Shown: positions 8,337 to 15,262 of the stretch, one piece after another | Position numbering within the stretch: position 1 is the first letter of the stretch | Layout of the letters: each line of letters starts with the position of its first letter | Assembly: GCA_046498225.1 (NCBI GenBank) | Contig: JAWOBF010000067.1 | Span: 1 to 16,430 of the forward strand | From: Candidatus Aegiribacteria sp. | Lineage (GTDB): Bacteria; Fermentibacterota; Fermentibacteria; Fermentibacterales; JCC-6 | Direction of reading: 5' to 3' | Length of the DNA stretch: 16,430 nt | Position numbers and translations under genes: made by a program | Notes under the pieces: generated by a model | What the model was told of the DNA's origin: nothing | Seen by the model: only the letters and a program-made list of their open reading frames with translations | The model's database searches: none

Positions 8337-8521
8337 ATCCGATAACCTCCGAGAACATTCATCAAATGCCGGTAACGCTCGACATTCCGAAAAATACAGC
8401 CGGTGCGGTGACCGGCCCATAGGGTACGGTGTTCTGCTTCGAATCCGGCGGAATATAATAAATCCGCGGGAACTGATGAATAGTGACTGAAATAGGGTCT
8501 GTCAACAAGGCCGGCCGACGG

Positions 8522-8917
8522 TTACAACCTGCTATTGTTCAGCTCGAGTCTCAGGGGCTCTCCCTCCGGGGTATGGCATATGAACGACAGGCCGCTAATC
8601 TCCCGGTAGGTTATGGAGTGGCCGAACCCGCGCTCCCTCAGCGCCCTGGTGATGTAAAGGTTGGCCCGCGCCAGGGGAAGGCTGTCCACCAGGTCCATCG
8701 ATCTCACGATGGTGTCCGTCGATGCCGAGGGCACGTCCCGGAAGCCGGGGCCGTAGATAACCCCGGAAAGGTCTCTCTCCAGCAGGTCCAGGGGGTCCGT
8801 GAGTACGGGAGTTCCCTCTTCTTCAGGCGGCACGGGACCGTGGCCCGTGACCACCAGGAAAAAACCGGTGACCGCCGCCGCGGCCAACGCAAGCAGCCCT
8901 ATCTCACTCCATCTCAT
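8522..8917 (-). CDS. Hypothetical protein with N-terminal membrane anchor
   Basis: 131-aa ORF with hydrophobic N-terminus IGLLALAAAAVTGFFLVV; GGGGAG and a candidate promoter upstream. Confidence 0.65.
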   Translation of the reverse strand: MRWSEIGLLALAAAAVTGFFLVVTGHGPVPPEEEGTPVLTDPLDLLERDLSGVIYGPGFRDVPSASTDTIVRSMDLVDSLPLARANLYITRALRERGFGHSITYREISGLSFICHTPEGEPLRLELNNSRL

Positions 8918-8965
8918 TTCGTAATATTACTCCCCTGAAGGTTCCCATCGAACATATCAGAGGGA

Positions 8966-8993
8966 AGATTAATGTCTTCCCCACCCAAGTCAA
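8966..8993 (-). promoter_or_regulatory. Putative sigma70 promoter overlapped by an inverted repeat
   Basis: Minus strand TTGACT (8993-8988), 16 nt, TAATCT (8971-8966); inverted repeat GGGAAGA-ttaatg-TCTTCCC at 8962-8981. Confidence 0.45.
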
Positions 8994-9014
8994 GCTGAAA
9001 TATAAGGGAGGAAC

Positions 9015-9770
9015 ATGCTGAAGGTACTTCTTGCGCTCGCATTCCTGATGGCGATTCCGTCGCAGGTCACCGGATCTCTCCATGGTACGTCCGCCCGGGG
9101 CGGACTGAGCGGATTCCCGTTCCTTCCGGGAAGCGACGTTCTCGAGACCGGGGGGCTGAGGATACAGGGAAGACTTGAATATGTGGACCCGGAACACTCC
9201 GCCGGATCATACCTCCTGCTTCCGCTGTCCGCCACATGGGGACCGGCGGAGAACTTCGAGATCGGGGGGGAGATCCCTCTGTACCTGGACGAACCATCCG
9301 AAGATGGGCATCCGATCGGTGACGTAACCGCCGGCTGCAGATGGCTCTACGAGACGGCCAGGGGCGGCTCGGCCATCGCTTTTCAGGGTCAGCTGAGGCT
9401 GCCCACCGGAGACACGGGAAGGGACAGGGGTTCGGAACTGGAACTGGGAGTATCCACGGGTACGACCTTCCGCCTCTTTCGCCTTCAGGCAGCCGCGTCC
9501 TACGTTATCAACGGGAGCGGCGACCCCTTCAGTGATGACATCATTGATTATATGAGGTTCTTCATGGGGGGCAGCAGCTACGTCTCGGAGAACGTCCAGC
9601 TTGTCTGTTCCATGGACGGGAGCACCCTGGGCGAGCTGGGGCTGAGCGGTTCCGGAGTCTTCTACGCACTGGACGGGTTCGCTTTCTTCGGTACCCTCCG
9701 GGCCGGACTTGACGGCGGCGAGAACTTCCTTCTCTCCGGTGGACTGTCCTGGACCGGCTCGGGTTTCTGA
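9015..9770 (+). CDS. Probable outer-membrane beta-barrel protein (putative channel)
   Basis: SD GGGAGG, signal peptide, alternating Gly/aromatic-rich beta strands, LRLPTG motif reminiscent of MetA-pathway-type barrels, C-terminal Phe. Confidence 0.65.
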   Translation: MLKVLLALAFLMAIPSQVTGSLHGTSARGGLSGFPFLPGSDVLETGGLRIQGRLEYVDPEHSAGSYLLLPLSATWGPAENFEIGGEIPLYLDEPSEDGHPIGDVTAGCRWLYETARGGSAIAFQGQLRLPTGDTGRDRGSELELGVSTGTTFRLFRLQAAASYVINGSGDPFSDDIIDYMRFFMGGSSYVSENVQLVCSMDGSTLGELGLSGSGVFYALDGFAFFGTLRAGLDGGENFLLSGGLSWTGSGF

Positions 9771-9774
9771 GTCC

Positions 9775-10926
9775 CTAATCCGCGTAGGGGGATATCTTCC
9801 TCAGTTTGTCCACCATTGAAGGAAGCACTTCGAGGAGATAGTCCACTTCCCTCTCGGAAGTGTAGCGGCTCAGGCTGAAGCGAATGGCCGTGCCGGCCTC
9901 CCTCGGATCGATGCCCATGGCCGACAGCACATGGCTGGGGGAGGATTCGCCGCTGCTGCAGGCGGAGCCGGCCGAGACGCAGATGCCCTCAAGGTCCAGA
10001 AGGGTCATTATGGCCTCGCTCTCAACTCCTCTGAAAAGGATGACGGCGGTGTTCGGAAGCCTGGGAGCTTTCTCCCCCGCGACCCTGGCGTTCGGGCACG
10101 ACTCCAGCACGGACTTTTCCAGCCTTCGAAGGAGCCGCTCCGTCCTGCCGTCATCATCCGCGAGATGGGAAGCGGCCAGCTCCGCCGCTTTCCCCAGGCC
10201 TATTATGCCGGCTGCATTGTAGGTACCGGGTCTCATTCCCCTCTCCTGCCGGCCTCCGTTCATGAGGGGGGGCAGGTCTATTCCCTTCCTGACGTAAAGG
10301 GCTCCGGCTCCCTTGGGTCCGTGAAACTTGTGGGCGGAAAGGCTCAGCAGGTCAATTCCCATGGACCGGACGTCCACCGGCACCTTGCCCACCGCCTGGA
10401 CCGCGTCGGTATGGAACAGGGCTCCGGCCTGACGGGCAAGTTCAGTTACCTCCGCCACCGGCATCATCACTCCGGTCTCGTTGTTGGCCATCATCAGCGA
10501 GAACAGTCCCGTACTTCCGGTGATGAGTGCCGAGCATGAATCCAAGTCCAGGGTCCCGTTCCCATGAACTTCGGCGAACTCCACGGGAAGCCCTCTTTCC
10601 TTCAGCTTCTCCGCCGTTCTCATCACCGCGGGATGCTCAACTGACGACGTGAGGAGACCCGGTCTCAGCGGGTTGATGGCCGTGGCTCCGAGGATGGCGG
10701 TATTGTCGCTCTCGGTCCCGCCGGATGTAAAGTATATTTCCTCCGGTGAAGCGCCTATCAGCCCCGCGACGCTCCGCCGGGCCTTCTCTATATCCTCCAT
10801 CACCTCGCTGCCGAAGGAATGAAAGCTGGAGGGATTGCCGTATCTCTCGGTCATGAAAGGAAGCATCGCGTCCAGGACCTCGGGGGCCATACGCGTGGTG
10901 GCGTTATTGTCCAGGTAAGCTTTCAA
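9775..10926 (-). CDS. nifS: Group I cysteine desulfurase (NifS/IscS)
   Basis: YLDNNATT, GNPSS, FTSGGTES, HTDAVQ, PLP-lysine SAHKFHGPKG, catalytic SAGSACSSG; TTG start overlapping the upstream stop (TTGA). Confidence 0.95.
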   Translation of the reverse strand: MKAYLDNNATTRMAPEVLDAMLPFMTERYGNPSSFHSFGSEVMEDIEKARRSVAGLIGASPEEIYFTSGGTESDNTAILGATAINPLRPGLLTSSVEHPAVMRTAEKLKERGLPVEFAEVHGNGTLDLDSCSALITGSTGLFSLMMANNETGVMMPVAEVTELARQAGALFHTDAVQAVGKVPVDVRSMGIDLLSLSAHKFHGPKGAGALYVRKGIDLPPLMNGGRQERGMRPGTYNAAGIIGLGKAAELAASHLADDDGRTERLLRRLEKSVLESCPNARVAGEKAPRLPNTAVILFRGVESEAIMTLLDLEGICVSAGSACSSGESSPSHVLSAMGIDPREAGTAIRFSLSRYTSEREVDYLLEVLPSMVDKLRKISPYAD

Positions 10927-11510
10927 CCGGTCACCTCCACTTCAACTTCCCTTCCGGCAAGCCTGCTCAGCTCCTCTCGAAGTATTCCGGCGGCGGAACC
11001 ATCGGCATTCCGGGGAAGAGCTATCTTCACTATGGATGGATGGACATGGAGCACCCTGGGTTTGCAGCCGTCCAGCGCTGAGTTCAGCCTTGCGGGGGGG
11101 TGCTCTATCAGCTTCTTCAGGTGGCTGCCGATCCTTTCCCGCTTCCTCATGAAATCCGCCACCGCCCCGGCCAGCGCCTCGTGTCCCATCACTGAACAGT
11201 GGTATTTCTCCTCCGGCATTCCTCCCAGGAACTGGACTATCTGTTCGTTGCTGATGTCCAGGGCTTCCCGCAGGGTCTTTCCCCTGGCGAGTTCGGTAAG
11301 GGCGGAGGAGGAGGCGATGGCGCCGGCGCAGCCGAAGGTCATGAACCTTATATCGCTTATCCTGTCCCGGTCATCCACCTTGATGTCCAGGGTCATAGCG
11401 TCGCCGCACTGGGGAGAACCGACCTCCGAGTGGCCGTCGGGGTCGGGCAGCTGACCGGAGTTCCTGGGGTTCATGAAGTGATCCATAAGGGTCCTGGAAT
11501 ACTTCCACAT
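10923..11510 (-). CDS. nifU: Fe-S cluster scaffold, NifU/IscU N-terminal domain plus C-terminal extension
   Basis: YSRTLMDHFMNPRNSG, three scaffold cysteines (PQCGD, TFGCAGAIASSS, KYHCSVM). Start set to ATG 11510, 1 nt after the rrf2 stop. Confidence 0.9.
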   Translation of the reverse strand: MWKYSRTLMDHFMNPRNSGQLPDPDGHSEVGSPQCGDAMTLDIKVDDRDRISDIRFMTFGCAGAIASSSALTELARGKTLREALDISNEQIVQFLGGMPEEKYHCSVMGHEALAGAVADFMRKRERIGSHLKKLIEHPPARLNSALDGCKPRVLHVHPSIVKIALPRNADGSAAGILREELSRLAGREVEVEVTG

Positions 11511-11511
11511 G

Positions 11512-11970
11512 TCACTGTTCCTGAATGTTGCCTTCAAGCAGGTCCTGAAGGGTGCGCTCCTTCATGTAGGTGTGATACATGTCCCTGAGGGCCATCCACA
11601 AAGGACGTGTGACACAGACATCCTCAAGGGAGCAGTGGCTGGATTTAGGATCGTCCTCGGGGGAACAGCCCGTTTCTCCCGTCATGCAGGTAGCCGGCAG
11701 GAAGTCGGTTTCCAGGACATCTATCACCTCGAACAGTGTTATTTCCTCCGGGGGCAGGGAAAGAACGTAACCGCCTCCGGGCCCCCTCTTACCCCTTACC
11801 AGTCCGCTGGCCCGAAGAATACCGAAGATCTGCTCGAGGTAGCGAACGGAGACCTGCTCCCGTTCGGAGAGAAACGCGAGGGATACGGGCCCGTCCTGGC
11901 CCTCTTCATCCATACGGGCCATACGGGCGAGGGCTCGAAGGGCGTATCGGCTTCTGGTGGAGATAAGCAT
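11512..11970 (-). CDS. Rrf2-family transcriptional regulator (IscR-like)
   Basis: STRSRYALRAL, VSVRYLEQIF, RGPGGGYVL, Cys-rich C-terminal segment; first gene of the Fe-S operon. Confidence 0.92.
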   Translation of the reverse strand: MLISTRSRYALRALARMARMDEEGQDGPVSLAFLSEREQVSVRYLEQIFGILRASGLVRGKRGPGGGYVLSLPPEEITLFEVIDVLETDFLPATCMTGETGCSPEDDPKSSHCSLEDVCVTRPLWMALRDMYHTYMKERTLQDLLEGNIQEQ

Positions 11971-12001
11971 AGAAATTTACCTCATTTCCTGTAGGAATAT
12001 G

Positions 12002-12029
12002 AGTATATGCTATTGGTCCCTGAAGTCAA
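12002..12029 (-). promoter_or_regulatory. Putative sigma70 promoter of rrf2-nifU-nifS
   Basis: Minus strand TTGACT (12029-12024), 16 nt, TATACT (12007-12002), about 30 nt upstream of ATG 11970. Confidence 0.6.
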
Positions 12030-12565
12030 TCCTGTTTTCCGGGCCTGCGGGACATTTTCACGATAACGCTGCCTATGGCGAATGCGGCCGCTCCCGCGGC
12101 GATGAGCAGCAGGGCGAACTTCAGGGCGGCGGGGAGGGGATCGCCGGGACCTGTGTCTGTGTACTGTAGATCGATGTTCATCAATACGCTCAAACGGCTG
12201 TAGTTGCCCCTGTTGCTTACCACCAGGGCGTACCTTCCCAGTCCGGGTACCGGCATCCGGAATGAGCCCGAACCGGTTGAAACGTAGCCGAGTGTGTCCA
12301 CCCGGGCCTGATCCTCGGTCCATCTCTGATAGTCGTCTATGTGAAGGAGTATCATCTCCACAGACGCGGTATCCGGTGTGATCTGCAGTGAGCCGGTCAG
12401 GCCGGCGTCGAGGGACATGTCCTCCGCCACTTCGAACCGTACGGTCCGGTACCGGGCCACGGGTATGTCCAGGGTGTCCCCCTCCAGCAGGGTAAAACGG
12501 GCTGCGGTGAGGGGACAGGCAGCGATCAGCGCAAGAACAAGCAGGTTCTTCATATATATTTTCAT
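12026..12565 (-). CDS. Hypothetical exported protein with C-terminal TM anchor
   Basis: Signal peptide (start 12565 or 12553, MKNLLVLALIAAC), beta-rich middle, C-terminal hydrophobic helix and basic tail KMSRRPGKQD. Confidence 0.7.
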   Translation of the reverse strand: MKIYMKNLLVLALIAACPLTAARFTLLEGDTLDIPVARYRTVRFEVAEDMSLDAGLTGSLQITPDTASVEMILLHIDDYQRWTEDQARVDTLGYVSTGSGSFRMPVPGLGRYALVVSNRGNYSRLSVLMNIDLQYTDTGPGDPLPAALKFALLLIAAGAAAFAIGSVIVKMSRRPGKQD

Positions 12566-12659
12566 CGATTATAGTATAGTGAATTCGGGATGGACCTGTA
12601 AGCCCCTCTCCCGTCCCCCCGCAATCACCCTGAGAACTCAACAGAAGGAGCGGCGGACC

Positions 12660-13658
12660 CTGTCCATTCAAGGAACCTACTACCGATCGATCGCGGCCCT
12701 TGCCGGCAGACTGGACCCCGGCGGCCTGGAGAGGCTGGCCGCAATACTGGCTTCGGTCAGGTTCGCGACGAACGGAAGGCAGAACAGGATATACCTGGGC
12801 CACCTGGAAAGGGTATTCCCGGAGCTGGACCGCAGCGGGCTCAGGAGGATCCTGAAGGGTTACTGGAGGGTTCACCAGAGGGCTTTTCTGGGACTTTTCT
12901 ATTCCAGGAGGTTCACGAAATCCTCTCTGCCGGAACTGGTCGTCCTTGAAAACAGGGAAGTTCTTGACCGCGCGGTCTCCAGCGGCAGAGGGGTGCTTCT
13001 GCTGGTTCCTCACTTCGGAGACGAGAGAAGCCTTCACATCCTTCTGGCCATCATGGGCTACCCGATGCATGTAATATCTTCCAGGTACAGCGGCGCACCT
13101 TCCTCCCTGCGTGAGGCCAGGCTGTCCGTCAGCAGGCGATGGCATCACGTGGCATTCCCCGACCAGCCCGTAGGCTGGCTGTACAAGGCGATCGAGCGCG
13201 GCGAGGTGGTCCAGATATCGCCCACCGCCTACGGAGGACCCAGGGGACACTGGGTCAGCAGTTTCGGCGTGCCTGTGCTCGCTTCATCAACACCGGTGAG
13301 GATAGCACGGTCCACCGGGTGCCGCCTGGTGGTCGCCAGCAACAGGGTCCTTCCAGGGCTGCGCTACAGCATCGATTTTCAAGAGTTCGGGCCGGACAGC
13401 CTTGATGCCCGCGGTACGGGCCAGCTTTTCTCTCTGTACCGGCGGCTGGGTGAGGAGTACCCGGAGCAGTACAACTGGATGAACCTGGTGATAAGGCACC
13501 GGGAGTCGAACACCATCGCAAGGCTGGGATACATTCCCCAGGACGAATCAACCCTGGAGAAGGAGGCCGCTCCGTCGGACTGGGACCCGCGGCTGGTCCA
13601 GGATCCCTATACGCTTTCCTCTGTCTCCTCCGGAGCGGCGTCCGCTCTGCCCGGGTAG
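12660..13658 (+). CDS. Lysophospholipid / lipid A late acyltransferase family protein (LpxL/HtrB-like)
   Basis: ENREVLDRAVSSGRGVLLLVPHFG, SFGVPV, YPEQYNWM match the family pattern. Start uncertain (CTG 12660 after AAGGAG, or GTG 12579); the track start at 12378 overlaps the divergent gene. Confidence 0.8.
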   Translation: MSIQGTYYRSIAALAGRLDPGGLERLAAILASVRFATNGRQNRIYLGHLERVFPELDRSGLRRILKGYWRVHQRAFLGLFYSRRFTKSSLPELVVLENREVLDRAVSSGRGVLLLVPHFGDERSLHILLAIMGYPMHVISSRYSGAPSSLREARLSVSRRWHHVAFPDQPVGWLYKAIERGEVVQISPTAYGGPRGHWVSSFGVPVLASSTPVRIARSTGCRLVVASNRVLPGLRYSIDFQEFGPDSLDARGTGQLFSLYRRLGEEYPEQYNWMNLVIRHRESNTIARLGYIPQDESTLEKEAAPSDWDPRLVQDPYTLSSVSSGAASALPG

Positions 13659-14371
13659 AGCTTCCGGAGAGCTATTCCCTGTATGATAAGATAGAAGCCG
13701 ACAAGCAGCGGGATAATCCCCGTACCCGCCACTATCATAGGCAGAAAGGACGACCCGGAAGCCCGCTCCATGGCTGCGGCCGCCCTGTCCAGGTGACGCG
13801 TGGCCTCGTTGAAGGCCTCCTCCGTGGAGAAAAGATCCCCGGCCAGCGAATCAACACCTTCCGCCACCTCTTCCAGAGTGAGTTCCATGGGTTCCAGCGT
13901 AGCGGAGAGATGTTCCATCCGGGTTATTATCTCCCCGGAGGAGGAGAACGTCCTGTCAAGACCGATGACGGTTTCAGAGAAGTAGCTCCTTCCAAGGAGC
14001 GAAGTGATGGTGGCAGGAAGGTTCTCCAGACTCTGGCTCACGGTGAGAACTACGACTCGAATATCCTCGGTGGTCTCGCGAATCCCGTTCACGGTGACTC
14101 GCGTTTCCCGCACCACATCCCTGGTGTTCCTTATGGAGCCGCTCACACGGGAAAACAGGGAGGAAGACGTCCCGAAATCCCTCCCGATTAGTTCAACGGC
14201 GGAGTTGGCGCTGTGCAGTCCCCGGGACATTGATACCAGGCTTCCCCGGACCGGCCCCCAGGCGGTGAAAGCCACTGTGATTATCCCTATACCGGCTACA
14301 ATGGCCAGAATGCCCAGTATCCATGAAAGCCATACGGAGAGGCTGTGCGATATTCGAATTCTGCTGTTCAT
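13607..14371 (-). CDS. Hypothetical membrane protein, two TM helices flanking a long helical region
   Basis: ORF 13607..14755; likely start ATG 14371 (purine-rich SD region), since the longer form overlaps suhB antisense. N- and C-terminal TM segments with heptad-like Ser/Thr/Glu-rich interior. Confidence 0.7.
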   Translation of the reverse strand: MNSRIRISHSLSVWLSWILGILAIVAGIGIITVAFTAWGPVRGSLVSMSRGLHSANSAVELIGRDFGTSSSLFSRVSGSIRNTRDVVRETRVTVNGIRETTEDIRVVVLTVSQSLENLPATITSLLGRSYFSETVIGLDRTFSSSGEIITRMEHLSATLEPMELTLEEVAEGVDSLAGDLFSTEEAFNEATRHLDRAAAAMERASGSSFLPMIVAGTGIIPLLVGFYLIIQGIALRKLYPGRADAAPEETEESV

Positions 14372-14407
14372 GACCCTTCCCCTGTCCCTTCTCAGAAAGT
14401 ATGAATT

Positions 14408-14436
14408 AAGGTAGTGCCATTGGACTGGAAAGGCAA
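14408..14436 (-). promoter_or_regulatory. Possible promoter for the 13607..14371 gene
   Basis: Minus strand TTGCCT (14436-14431), 17 nt, TACCTT (14413-14408). Confidence 0.3.
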
Positions 14437-14473
14437 GGTCAGGCCCTGGAAGGTCTCCCTCTTCAGAACAGGT

Positions 14474-15262
14474 ATGGAGGACGGTTTGAGCAGGATCGAC
14501 GAAATCGAGCGGGCGGCAGCCCTTGCAGGTGACATCCTGCTTTCCCATGCGTCGGAGGATATGGAAATCAGCAGGAAGAGCGGCCACGAACTGGTAACCG
14601 CCGCCGACCTCCGTTCGGAGGAATTCCTGAGGGAACGGCTGAGAGAGATAGAGCCGGGCGCGGGTTTCCTGGGTGAGGAAAGCAGCGGAGGAGAACTCCC
14701 GAAACCTCCGTTCTGGATAGTCGATCCCCTCGACGGCACGAACAATTTTGCCCACGGCTATCCCATGTTCTCGGTGAGCATAGCGTACTGGGACGGAGAC
14801 CGGGTAGCCCGCGGATGCGTTTACGACCCGCTCAGGAAGGAGTTCTTCTCCGCGGAACGCGGTTCAGGCGCTTTTCTGAACGGCGCCGCCGTGAAATGCA
14901 CGGAGAGGGAAGACCTGTCGGACTGCCTGGTGGCCACCGGGTTTCCCTACCACAGGAGGGAGGGGGACCCGGGAGTGGACCTGAGCGTCCTCGAGTTCTT
15001 CCTGGGAAAGGTGCAGGGCGTTCGAAGGGGAGGGTCCGCGGCGCTGGACCTTTCCTACGTGGCCTGCGGAAGGCTTGACGGCTTCTTCGAGGAGTCCCTC
15101 AAGCCCTGGGACATGGCTGCCGGATGTCTCCTGGTGACCGAAGCCGGCGGGTCGGTCTCCGCCTACAGCGGAGGCGGGTGGTCAGTGTTCTCGCAGGGCG
15201 TGGTTGCTTCGGGAAGGAGCATCCACGGCCCCATGAGAAACGGGATCCGGCGCGGTCTCTAG
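14474..15262 (+). CDS. suhB: Inositol monophosphatase family protein (SuhB)
   Basis: ELVTAAD, FLGEE, WIVDPLDGTNNFAHG, ATGFPY, RRGGSAALDL, KPWDMAAG. Start set to ATG 14474. Confidence 0.92.
   Translation: MEDGLSRIDEIERAAALAGDILLSHASEDMEISRKSGHELVTAADLRSEEFLRERLREIEPGAGFLGEESSGGELPKPPFWIVDPLDGTNNFAHGYPMFSVSIAYWDGDRVARGCVYDPLRKEFFSAERGSGAFLNGAAVKCTEREDLSDCLVATGFPYHRREGDPGVDLSVLEFFLGKVQGVRRGGSAALDLSYVACGRLDGFFEESLKPWDMAAGCLLVTEAGGSVSAYSGGGWSVFSQGVVASGRSIHGPMRNGIRRGL

Noticed and set aside
8337..8420. 28-codon N-terminal extension of SecDF in the ORF track
   Set aside because: No SD at 8420, whereas ATG 8336 has GGAGGT and directly precedes the first TM segment.
8436..8450. TTCGAATCC resembling a tRNA T-loop
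   Set aside because: No T-stem, acceptor stem or cloverleaf could be built around it.
11982..13250. 422-aa minus-strand ORF
   Set aside because: Overlaps two better supported genes; Arg/Pro/Gly-rich composition typical of a non-coding frame.
14372..14755. N-terminal extension of ORF 13607..14755
   Set aside because: Antisense to suhB; the membrane protein starts plausibly at ATG 14371.
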